A stretch of DNA of 64,000 nt, taken from the NCBI GenBank assembly GCA_965197905.1, contig CBDAOB010000004.1:1056001-1120000 (forward strand), written 5' to 3'. The notes below the pieces were generated by a model, which was not told the DNA's origin, made no database searches, and saw nothing but the letters and a program-made list of their open reading frames with translations. This document shows positions 9,966 through 18,579 of this stretch, one piece after another. Source of the stretch: Candidatus Latescibacterota bacterium. GTDB taxonomy: Bacteria > Latescibacterota > UBA2968 > UBA8231. The translations under genes and the position numbers were made by a program. Numbering within the stretch: the stretch's first letter is position 1; the number at the start of each line of letters is the position of its first letter.

Positions 9966-12335
9966 TCAGCACTTGGACCAGCCGCAATGCCTACAGCTCA
10001 GGCAACCGCTTTCGTGGATGGTGGTGGCGCCGCATTCCGGGCAGGTGCCGAGTAACTTCGCATCGCCTCCAACGACCCCGCCCCCGGTTGATCCGTCCAG
10101 GTCGCGAGTCTCGACATATTCTCCCGTGCGCCGCTGTACATAGCGCTCTAACGCCTTGCCGATGGCGTCCGGGGTGGAGAGAATCAGCTCCCCGTTCTCC
10201 CAAACCGGAGTGGGACCGGAAATGCCCTTGAGCTCAAGTATCACCTCCTGTGGATCGATTTCCGACCGCAGGACCAGGGATATGAGCCGGCTGATCGCCT
10301 CTGACTGGGCAGCGGCATTGCCTCCTGCCTTGCCGATGGTGCTGAACACCTCGCACAACCCCTTCTCATCTTCGTTGATCGTAACGTAGATGTTCCCTTC
10401 TCCGGTGCGCACCCGCTCTGTGACCCCTCGGGTCACCGCCGGGCGCTGCCGCGGATGATACCCAGCGCGCGGCCGTTCCTCCGTCTCGGCCCCCCCCTCT
10501 TCCGCGGGAGCTGTGGCGTCAGACTGCAAAATCCCTTCGCGGCTCCCCTCCCGGTACACCGTCACCCCTTTCAACCCCTCTTTGTACGCCGTGACGTAGA
10601 TATCCGCCACGGTTTCGACGCTCGTATCCGTCGGCAGGTTCAGGGTCGAGGAGATGCTGCTGTCGGTGTACTTCTGGATAACACCCTGCATTTTGACGCG
10701 AAAGAAAGGATCGATGCTGTGGGCGGTGACCACGTGATCCGGTAGGTCTTCGTCGCCACCAAACAATCTTTTCACCAGCGGATGATACACCTTGTATTCA
10801 CGAAAGCTCTCGCCGTCGGCCTGTTTCACTCGCCGGGTATAGCTGGTGCAGAAGATCGGCTCGATACCGGAGGTGGTTTCGGCCACGATCGACCCGGTTC
10901 CCACCGGCGGTACTGTGATCAGCGTGCTGTTGCGCAATCCGAACTTCTCGATCTTGTCGCGGATGCGGGTCGGCAGACTCTGGAAAAACTTGCTCTTGGA
11001 AATGCCCTCGAAATCAAACAGCGGAAACGGTTTCTTTTCTTGTGCCAGATCGATGGAGGTCTCATAGGAGTTGTAGCAGATCGTTTGCATGATCTTCTCG
11101 ACCGCATCCAGCGCCTCATCCGAATCGTAGCGTAGACCCATCGCCAACAAAGCGTCCGCCAGCCCGGTGATGCCCAGACCGACCCGCCGGTCTGACGCCA
11201 CCGCATCCATGATCTTGGGCAGCGCGTGACGTTTCATGTTGTATTCAATCACGTTATCGAGAAAACGGGTGGCGATGCGGGTGCTATCCGCCAAATCGTT
11301 GAGATTCAGGGTGCCATCGTCGCGGACGAACTTTACGAGGTTGAGATTGCCCAGGTTACACGCCGTGTAAGAAGCCAGGGGCTGCTCGCCGCACGGATTG
11401 GTGCTGGTCAGCGGATTGGCGTACTCCACGTTGTGATATTCGCGCATGGTATCCCAGAAGATGATGCCCGGCTCGGCGCTGGCATGCGCGTTGGTGATGA
11501 TCTTGTTCCACAGTTCCCGCGCTTTGACGGTGCGGAACACCTTGCCACCCCACTTGAGATCGAAGTCGCCGTCACCCAGCACCGCCTCCATAAACTCGTG
11601 CGTGATGAGCACGCTGATATTGGCGTACTGCACCTTGGTACGGGATGAATCGTTCTTGATGGTTATGAAATCCTCGATGTCCGGATGATCGACCCGGAGC
11701 GTCAGCATCAGTGCACCGCGGCGGCCGGCCTGCGACACCGCATTGGTGCTCTCGCTCAGCAGATTCATGAACGCCGTGCAACCGGGTGATTGATCTACCG
11801 TGGCATTTACCGCTGCGCCTTTGGGTCGGAGAACCGACAGATCTGTACCTACACCGCCGCCGGTGCGGTAGACCATGGCAGACTCGGAGAGACATCTATA
11901 GATGCATTCGAGGCTGTCGTCTTCTATGGGAACGACGTAGCAATTGGACAGGGTCGGCTTGCGGCGCGCCTCTTCGCGGCCGGCGCCATGCATGACCCGT
12001 CCACCGGGGATAAACTTGAAATCCATCAGTAGCGAGAAGAAGCGGTCGTACCACAACTCATTGTCCGTCTCCACCGAAGCCATGGCGCGGGCGATGCGAT
12101 CCCACATCTGCAGCGGTCCGGTCTCTCCAGGAGCTAGATATTTGGATCGCAAAACGTCGATCGCCAAGTCGTTGTCCTGGTAATAGGTCTCGGCGTCGGC
12201 GGCATTTTTTAGCAGGTCATCGTGCCCGTTGCGCTTGAGACCGTTGTCCTCCAGTTGCGCCAGTAGATCCTCGAGCCGGTGGACGGCTTCCGGGGTCTCG
12301 GAGACGGTCGGCTTCTTCGGTCGATGTAACGGCAT
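9966..12335 (-). CDS. nrdJ: Class II (adenosylcobalamin-dependent) ribonucleotide reductase
   Basis: LSNCYV, GGGVG, QAGRRGALM, TNPCGEQPL, RRVGLGITG, PVGT and KGVTVYREGSR. C-terminal TSCPD-like domain and CPEC/CRHC ribbon. No ATP cone visible. Confidence 0.95.
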   Translation of the reverse strand: MPLHRPKKPTVSETPEAVHRLEDLLAQLEDNGLKRNGHDDLLKNAADAETYYQDNDLAIDVLRSKYLAPGETGPLQMWDRIARAMASVETDNELWYDRFFSLLMDFKFIPGGRVMHGAGREEARRKPTLSNCYVVPIEDDSLECIYRCLSESAMVYRTGGGVGTDLSVLRPKGAAVNATVDQSPGCTAFMNLLSESTNAVSQAGRRGALMLTLRVDHPDIEDFITIKNDSSRTKVQYANISVLITHEFMEAVLGDGDFDLKWGGKVFRTVKARELWNKIITNAHASAEPGIIFWDTMREYHNVEYANPLTSTNPCGEQPLASYTACNLGNLNLVKFVRDDGTLNLNDLADSTRIATRFLDNVIEYNMKRHALPKIMDAVASDRRVGLGITGLADALLAMGLRYDSDEALDAVEKIMQTICYNSYETSIDLAQEKKPFPLFDFEGISKSKFFQSLPTRIRDKIEKFGLRNSTLITVPPVGTGSIVAETTSGIEPIFCTSYTRRVKQADGESFREYKVYHPLVKRLFGGDEDLPDHVVTAHSIDPFFRVKMQGVIQKYTDSSISSTLNLPTDTSVETVADIYVTAYKEGLKGVTVYREGSREGILQSDATAPAEEGGAETEERPRAGYHPRQRPAVTRGVTERVRTGEGNIYVTINEDEKGLCEVFSTIGKAGGNAAAQSEAISRLISLVLRSEIDPQEVILELKGISGPTPVWENGELILSTPDAIGKALERYVQRRTGEYVETRDLDGSTGGGVVGGDAKLLGTCPECGATTIHESGCLSCRHCGWSKC

Positions 12336-12463
12336 TATCCCTTCCTCTACAGCGAAATATCCCCATGTCGGTTGGTCCCAGAAAGGGCCGGGATACCGGC
12401 GGAAACTCAGGGAAATCTTGGGTTTAGAAGATAAACGGGGAGTCGTGCGTGGTCAACCTGAAT

Positions 12464-12511
12464 ACACAGCATCTCAGGCTGAAGACAGCTTCAGCACACA
12501 ATATCTTGTGT
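12464..12511. promoter_or_regulatory. Tandem NrdR boxes upstream of nrdJ
   Basis: acacaatatcttgtgt (12496-12511) matches the consensus acaCwAtATaTwGtgt. A weaker box, acacagcatctcaggc, starts 32 bp away at 12464. Confidence 0.8.
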
Positions 12512-12523
12512 TGAAGCTGTCCA

Positions 12524-12552
12524 AAAATATCGGCCTGAGACGAGCTTGTCAA
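12524..12552 (-). promoter_or_regulatory. Sigma70-type promoter of nrdJ
   Basis: TTGACA-17 bp-TATTTT on the minus strand, just upstream of the NrdR box. Confidence 0.7.
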
Positions 12553-12662
12553 GCGGTTTTTTTCGCCGCGTTATTTTGGCGTTTTTGCAAGTCTGAAGAG
12601 GCCCGAAAACGTCTTAATAAGAGCGCGGGGGTGATGACGGTAGAAGCCGGTGACGGAGGCGC

Positions 12663-13112
12663 CTAATTCGCCAGTTGCTCCAGCTCGCGAACGAAATCGC
12701 TGCGGTCTTTGAACTGGCGATATACCGAGGCAAAACGCACGTAAGCCACCTCGTTGAGACCGCGCAGATGCTCCATGACCTGCTCGCCGATTTCGTTCGA
12801 TGGGATCTCTTTTTCGTTCATGTTGCCCAGCGCGGTTTCGACGAGATCCACCAGCTCTTCGATCTGGTCGATGGGCACGGTGGTCTTGTAACAGGCTAAG
12901 CGGATCTTCGCCAGCAACTTGCTGCGATCGAAAGGTTCGCGGCGGCCATCGGCTTTGATAACGGTGAGCGGAACATTTTCAATGTATTCGTAGGTGGTGA
13001 AGCGACGGTTACAGTCGAGACATTCCCGGCGCCGGCGAATCGCCATCCCCTCTCGGCAGGAACGTGAATCCACCACCTTGTCATCTTCGTGATTGCAAAA
13101 TGGGCACCGCAT
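12663..13112 (-). CDS. nrdR: Transcriptional repressor NrdR
   Basis: MRCPFC...VVDSR...RRRREC..C..RFTTYE, ATP cone, VAYVRFASVY. Confidence 0.98.
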   Translation of the reverse strand: MRCPFCNHEDDKVVDSRSCREGMAIRRRRECLDCNRRFTTYEYIENVPLTVIKADGRREPFDRSKLLAKIRLACYKTTVPIDQIEELVDLVETALGNMNEKEIPSNEIGEQVMEHLRGLNEVAYVRFASVYRQFKDRSDFVRELEQLAN

Positions 13113-13268
13113 CGAGAGACCTCCTGCTGACTGCCCCGATACCGTTGGGCAGAAGCGATGTAGCTGAACGGTCGTTCTGGGGAAAGAGCAGCGGAGCGGG
13201 GATCGTATTCAGAACTGCTTGCTTAGGATAATAAAAACAGCAGGATATGGCAACTCTGCCACGGGCCG

Positions 13269-13919
13269 CTAGTGCAGCTGGAAAGAAATGGGAAGGGTCA
13301 CTTCGACGGAAACGGGGCGGTCGTTCTGCATGGCAGGGGAAAAAACCCACTGCCATATCACCTCGGTTGCGGCTTGATGGAAAACCTCGGGTCCGGTCAC
13401 CCCGAGCACCTTCTTGACCCGACCATCTTTCCCCAGGAGCACCCGGACGAAAACCTTGCCTTCGATATTCGCCTTGCGAGCGATCTCCGGATATTTAGGA
13501 TTGACCGCCTTGATCGCTTTGGGTTGAGACTCGGCCATCCACAGGGGCACCACCTCATCCTCTTCCTCTAGGTCGAGATCAGCCGGGTCGTTCAAGGGCG
13601 GGGGGGGCAGGAGGCCTTCCAGGTCGAGATCCAGATCTGTCGTCTCTATGGTGGCGTCTTCCGGTATATCCAGATCGTCGGAAGCCACCGGAACTACAGG
13701 GCGAGGCGGTGGCGGAGGCCGCCGTTGCTGTGCCGTTTCGGGAATCTGCTCCAGCTGAATGATGATCTGCTGTTGCGGTTTCGAATACGCCTTAAAGTCA
13801 AAACTCGGAAAAACCACAAACAGCAGCGCGTGGAGCAAGACCGACACCCCCATCGAGGTCCACAACAGTTTTCGATACCCGAGCTTCAGATTCGCTTCCG
13901 GTTGTTTGCCGCGGATCAT
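13269..13919 (-). CDS. tonB: Energy transducer TonB
   Basis: N-terminal TM helix with SxxxH, Pro-rich linker, and YPEIARKANIEGKV C-terminal domain. Confidence 0.92.
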   Translation of the reverse strand: MIRGKQPEANLKLGYRKLLWTSMGVSVLLHALLFVVFPSFDFKAYSKPQQQIIIQLEQIPETAQQRRPPPPPRPVVPVASDDLDIPEDATIETTDLDLDLEGLLPPPPLNDPADLDLEEEDEVVPLWMAESQPKAIKAVNPKYPEIARKANIEGKVFVRVLLGKDGRVKKVLGVTGPEVFHQAATEVIWQWVFSPAMQNDRPVSVEVTLPISFQLH

Positions 13920-14326
13920 TTGTCCTCGCGCCCGGTGGCAAAATTGACCCGCAGCGCTTCTACCTTGCGAAGCTCCTGCAGCACGTCTGAAATCAAACCG
14001 AATTCCGCAGCTCCGTCTGCCTTTATGGAGACGACAACTCGCGGATTTGCGGTGAGTTTTTCGTGTATCCGCCCACCCACCTGATCGAGTCCTATGTTCT
14101 GATCATCGATATTGATGATGCCGGTCGGCCCCACCCAGATGTTGGTGACGTCGCGCCGGCTCTCGAGCTTCTCGACCTTTTCCGCTGTGGGCAGTTCGAC
14201 GGGGATACCGCGGAAACGAACGAAGACAGTCGAAACCATGAAGAAGACCAGCAACAGGAAAGAGATGTCGGCCATCGAGGCCGTGGGGATGGCGCTGGCA
14301 ACTCGGGCTTTGCGTTTGAATCTCAT
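13916..14326 (-). CDS. exbD: Biopolymer transport protein ExbD
   Basis: SMADISFLLLVFFMV and KADG motifs. Confidence 0.92.
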   Translation of the reverse strand: MRFKRKARVASAIPTASMADISFLLLVFFMVSTVFVRFRGIPVELPTAEKVEKLESRRDVTNIWVGPTGIINIDDQNIGLDQVGGRIHEKLTANPRVVVSIKADGAAEFGLISDVLQELRKVEALRVNFATGREDK

Positions 14327-14329
14327 CGC

Positions 14330-14743
14330 CTACTCTTCCGGATTGGCTATGGAGATGCGAGTGGCCCCGGCCAGCTTCAGTTCGTCGAGGACGTCGACGA
14401 ACATGCGATAGCTGGCGCCCCGTTCGGCCTTAAGCGCAATGATCAGCTTCTCGTTCTCGCGCAGGCGGCGCTCGATGTCCGCCTTGAGGGCGCTGAATTC
14501 GATCGTGTTCAGGTTCTCGTTCTCGTAGTAGGCTATCTGGTCCCGGGCGTTGATCCAGACATTGCAGATGTTCTTTTTCCGCACCTCCTTGGTCTCAGCG
14601 ACCGGAGGTAGTTGCAACGACAGCCCCTTGTCCTGGTTCATGGTGGTCGTCACCAGAAAGAAGGCGATAAGGAGGAAAGCGATGTCCGCCATCGACGCTG
14701 TGGGAATATCCGGTCCGACCCGCCGAACCCGTGGTTGCAGCAT
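14330..14743 (-). CDS. exbD: Biopolymer transport protein ExbD (second copy)
   Basis: SMADIAFLLIAFFLV and VDVLDEL motifs. Confidence 0.92.
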   Translation of the reverse strand: MLQPRVRRVGPDIPTASMADIAFLLIAFFLVTTTMNQDKGLSLQLPPVAETKEVRKKNICNVWINARDQIAYYENENLNTIEFSALKADIERRLRENEKLIIALKAERGASYRMFVDVLDELKLAGATRISIANPEE

Positions 14744-14752
14744 GGTTGCGCC

Positions 14753-15376
14753 TCAGCCGCTACTCTTCGAGCCAGCGATATCCGCGAGAATATCTACCAG
14801 GGCAGCAGTGTGCTCTTGCATGTCCGAGATGATTCGGTCGATGCGCGAAGCAAACAGGTTGTGGAAGAACTGAATGATGATGCCGACGATGAGTCCGGAA
14901 GCGGTGGTAATCAGTGCTTCGGAGATACCTCCTGCCACTTCGGCCGGAACCACGTCGCCCCGCTGTTTGATCGCTTGGAAAGCGTTGATCATTCCACTGA
15001 CCGTACCCAGAAAACCAACCATGGGGGCGAGGTTGGCGACGGTGGACAGCCATACCATGCCCCGCTCGAGGAATCCCATCTCCACAGCCCCCGAGTTTTC
15101 GATCGCCTTTTCCACATGATCTATGCCGCGCTCCAGCCGCATCAAGCCCGCATGGATCACCGAAGCCACGGGTCCACGGGTTTCCGAGCAAAGCTTGGCG
15201 GCGCTGTCAGGTCCCTCGGAACGCAACGCGTTTTCCAGCTTGCCGAAGAAATCTTCGGCGTCGATGGCGGCGCGTGAGAGGGTTATCCATCGCTCGATGG
15301 TCACGGCGACGCCGAAAATCAACAGAATGAGTAGCGGCCACATAGCCCAACCGCCGTCTTGAAAAAGCTGAATCAT
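14753..15376 (-). CDS. exbB: MotA/TolQ/ExbB proton channel protein
   Basis: APMVGFLGTVSGMI and GGISEALITTASGL. Confidence 0.92.
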   Translation of the reverse strand: MIQLFQDGGWAMWPLLILLIFGVAVTIERWITLSRAAIDAEDFFGKLENALRSEGPDSAAKLCSETRGPVASVIHAGLMRLERGIDHVEKAIENSGAVEMGFLERGMVWLSTVANLAPMVGFLGTVSGMINAFQAIKQRGDVVPAEVAGGISEALITTASGLIVGIIIQFFHNLFASRIDRIISDMQEHTAALVDILADIAGSKSSG

Positions 15377-15405
15377 CGTTCCTCCTTCAAATTTCCGTCA
15401 ACCTG

Positions 15406-16605
15406 CTATTTCGATTCGGTATTCTCTTCGGTCTCGCCGTCTCCGAAGAACGCGCGCTTGAGTTTCTCCTCCTCGGTTTCGGGCGGACGTAGATTCCAGA
15501 TTCTCTGCTGGGCGACCCGTTCCCATGACGGATCTTTCTTGGCGATCTCGAACGCTGCTATTGCTTCATCCTCCGCACCTTCCAGGGCCAGCAGGTCACC
15601 GTTCAACAGTTGCAGCCGCGAGTGTTTCGGATCGACACCCAACCCACCGTTCAACAAACGGCGTACCGCGACCCTGTCCCCACCCGTAAGGCGCATCTCC
15701 GCCAATAGCGCCACGCTGTCCAGGTCCTTCGGGTTGGCTTGGACCATGCCCTCAAGACCACGCTGGCGCAACTCGTTTCTGCCTGCCGATTCCGCCATGG
15801 TGGCAATGCGGTTGTAGTAGGCGTAACCGCTCACCGTATCCACCTGGGCCAGGCGCAGCAGAGTTTCGGCGGCAGCGTCCAAGTCCCCAATCTGCTCCTG
15901 CAGGCGGGCCATCGCATCCAGCGATTCTCGCTGATCGGCCGCCGCGACTCCGGACGTATCCGCAAGCAGCTTTTGACGCCATTTTAGCGCCAGAGCCGCC
16001 TGCCCCGACCCTTCGTAGAGCACCGAAATGATCTCCGCCAGCTCGGCATCACCAGGCAGACCGGCGGCGAGTTGGGTGTAATGTGTCAGTGCTCGCTCCG
16101 GGCGGTTCTGGCGGCGGTAGAAGTCAGCCAGCTGGCGCCGGTTGGCGTTGTCTGCCGGCCGCCGTGTGAGAACTCGTTCGAGGCACAACGCCGCCGCGTC
16201 GGCCTCGCCTTGTTCATTCAGGACTCGGAACAGGACCAGGTTTGTATTGACATGCGTAGAATCGAGCTTCAAGGCTGCGGCGAGAGACGCGCGTGCCGAA
16301 GCCGAATCGCGACTCTCGTAGAAGACCCGCCCCAGCCGATAGTGGGCGCGCTGATCGTCCGGCTTGAACTCGAGAAATCGTCGGTAATAATCGATGGCGG
16401 CGGGATAATCCTTCCGATCGCCGGCGGTCTTTGCCAGGAAACGGTATTTCCGGATGGAGTCGGCGACGGTTTCCTGTGCCGCTTCTGCTCCCCAGACGAA
16501 TATGCATGCAACCACCAAAGCCGCGGCATTCAACATGCGTTTCGCGACAGGTTTTTGGGTTCGGAAACCGAGGTTTCTGGGTTGAGCAGGCGTCGGTGAG
16601 TACAT
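15406..16605 (-). CDS. Secreted tetratricopeptide-repeat protein
   Basis: Multiple TPR motifs. A signal peptide appears if translation starts at ATG 16536 (MLNAAALVVAC...AEA). Confidence 0.8.
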   Translation of the reverse strand: MYSPTPAQPRNLGFRTQKPVAKRMLNAAALVVACIFVWGAEAAQETVADSIRKYRFLAKTAGDRKDYPAAIDYYRRFLEFKPDDQRAHYRLGRVFYESRDSASARASLAAALKLDSTHVNTNLVLFRVLNEQGEADAAALCLERVLTRRPADNANRRQLADFYRRQNRPERALTHYTQLAAGLPGDAELAEIISVLYEGSGQAALALKWRQKLLADTSGVAAADQRESLDAMARLQEQIGDLDAAAETLLRLAQVDTVSGYAYYNRIATMAESAGRNELRQRGLEGMVQANPKDLDSVALLAEMRLTGGDRVAVRRLLNGGLGVDPKHSRLQLLNGDLLALEGAEDEAIAAFEIAKKDPSWERVAQQRIWNLRPPETEEEKLKRAFFGDGETEENTESK

Positions 16606-16613
16606 GGGCCAAG

Positions 16614-16643
16614 AATATAGAACGGCGGAAAATCGGGTGTCAA
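16614..16643 (-). promoter_or_regulatory. Putative sigma70 promoter for TPR-exbBDD-tonB
   Basis: TTGACA-18 bp-TATATT on the minus strand. Confidence 0.55.
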
Positions 16644-16662
16644 CGCAACGGCCTCTAAGCTG

Positions 16663-18567
16663 TCACCACCAATCGTAGCCTCCGCCGGTTTCCCCGCGCA
16701 ACGACAGCAGACCCCATAGAATCCGCGACCCGAGCTCCCCGAAAATCAAACCCATGAAGAAAGGTCGTACCCGCTGGTAGGTGGCGGCCCCACCGTAGCG
16801 CACGACGATCATCTTGACGCTCCAGCCCACGAGGGCTGAGCCCCACAACAAGGTGCCGAGACCGGTTCCATATACAAATCCGGCCGGGTGGAACGGAAAC
16901 CGCACGAAAACGAGACGCAGGTAGGAAAGTGCTGCCGCCGCTACGCCACCGAAACCGATGGCCGCCAAGCGGTCCCAATCGGTGCCAGCCGCGCGGGTGC
17001 CGACCTCGGAATAGAGATAATGGTAGTAGCGACCCAGGCGCGCAGCCGAGCGGCCTCCCCCTTGTTGGTCCAGGGTGAAAAGGCCGTGTTCGTACACGAT
17101 GTTTAACAGGGACCACATTCCTGCCACCAAACCCAAGGCGACGCCAAGACCGAGAAGGGTGGCGAGCCCCTGGCGTCCGGTTTTCAGCACCGAAGCCATC
17201 CTGAATCCCTCGAACTGCAGCATGGCGATGGCCCCGATTCCGGTGTAGTTGAGAGCGGTCAGAAAGGCGAGCGCAACATACTCCGAGCGGCTGAACACCC
17301 CCGGTCCAGAGCCGGCGAAAAAGAAGAAGAGGTTCCCCGTCAGGAAATAGATGGCGGTGACCGGCAGGCCGGCGTCCAGACGGAGACGCATCATGCCAAC
17401 CGTCGTCAGCAACAGCAGCGAGAAGTAGAGCGCGCTCAACCAGGCAGGCAATCCTGCGGCGACACCCCAAAAGACCATCAGAGCAAACCCGCCCAGCAGG
17501 AGCCACGCTCCTTTCCCCTCTCGCGCTGCCGCGGCGCATGCGTGACGGGCGCGCCAGAGATAGATTACCGCGAGGGTCAGCAGCGCCCCCCGGGCCTGCG
17601 CCTGTAGATGGGGAAAGAAGTTCGGCCACTCCCTCCACTGAGCGCCTAGACCGACGAAAGAACCGTGGTCGTCGGCGCGCCCGATGAGTTCGGCGTACAG
17701 GAGCTGCAAGCGGCTGCCAAGAAAGAAGAACCAGGTGCTGAAGGAGACCTCCACCGACAGCAGGTAGCTCAGGCCGATCAAGAGCGGCGAGAAATAGAAG
17801 ATGAAGCGGGATTCGAACGGAGCCATCGCCTTCCACGGATCGTCGATGAGGACGGAACGCAGATCGAAGTAATGTGCGATCTCACCGGGGACGAGGAAGA
17901 AATGGTTGATGCCGTTGATTCCGAAGAGAATCACGGGCACCGAAACGCCAAGCCAGAATGCCCTGCCGCGGAGGAGCGCGCCGCCCCGTTCGATCACTTC
18001 CAGAGGTACCTCGGTCAGGGGAAAGCGCAAATGCTCCTGCTCAATCCAGCGTCGATGCAGGAGCATCACCAGACCCAGGAAAGCCGCGAAGAGACTGGCA
18101 ACCAGGACCGACCAGGCGAGAACAGGCACGATCCAGCTGTGCCAGGGTACTGCGGCCGCCCCCTCGAAGAACCCCTCGACGGCGACCGAATCGGACGGGT
18201 CGGGTGTCATCCAGCTGGGGATATGCTTCAAGAAGGGGTGGAAACGCCCGCTTTGGTCGGCGTAGGAATACGGTCCGGTTACCAATCCTGCCAGCAGGTA
18301 TTGCGCCCATCCGGTGGACGCCAGGGGCAGGGCGATGGCGAGCAACAGATAAAAGGCCAGTAGCTCCCGGCGGTCGAAGCGCAACCACCGCCCCAGGACC
18401 ACCGACGCCAACAGAACTACGGACAGGAGGAGCAGCGGCAAGGGCGGCAATGCGCCCGTCGCCAGGGAGGGCCCGCCGTAGACAAGCTCGACCCGCTGTA
18501 GCAGCCAGGAGCCGCCAACGGTCGCCAGAAGGGCGAAGACCAGCACCCGCATGCTGAGGTATCGCAT
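16663..18567 (-). CDS. Multi-pass membrane protein, DUF6785-like / OPT-like
   Basis: Many TM helices. Motifs RRWIEQEHLRFPL and FPFHPAGF. Family recognised from memory. Confidence 0.75.
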   Translation of the reverse strand: MRYLSMRVLVFALLATVGGSWLLQRVELVYGGPSLATGALPPLPLLLLSVVLLASVVLGRWLRFDRRELLAFYLLLAIALPLASTGWAQYLLAGLVTGPYSYADQSGRFHPFLKHIPSWMTPDPSDSVAVEGFFEGAAAVPWHSWIVPVLAWSVLVASLFAAFLGLVMLLHRRWIEQEHLRFPLTEVPLEVIERGGALLRGRAFWLGVSVPVILFGINGINHFFLVPGEIAHYFDLRSVLIDDPWKAMAPFESRFIFYFSPLLIGLSYLLSVEVSFSTWFFFLGSRLQLLYAELIGRADDHGSFVGLGAQWREWPNFFPHLQAQARGALLTLAVIYLWRARHACAAAAREGKGAWLLLGGFALMVFWGVAAGLPAWLSALYFSLLLLTTVGMMRLRLDAGLPVTAIYFLTGNLFFFFAGSGPGVFSRSEYVALAFLTALNYTGIGAIAMLQFEGFRMASVLKTGRQGLATLLGLGVALGLVAGMWSLLNIVYEHGLFTLDQQGGGRSAARLGRYYHYLYSEVGTRAAGTDWDRLAAIGFGGVAAAALSYLRLVFVRFPFHPAGFVYGTGLGTLLWGSALVGWSVKMIVVRYGGAATYQRVRPFFMGLIFGELGSRILWGLLSLRGETGGGYDWW

Positions 18568-18579
18568 TAACTCACCACG

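Noticed and set aside
12336..12662. Cobalamin riboswitch upstream of B12-dependent nrdJ
   Set aside because: No B12-box-like sequence seen; the region is explained by the promoter and NrdR boxes.
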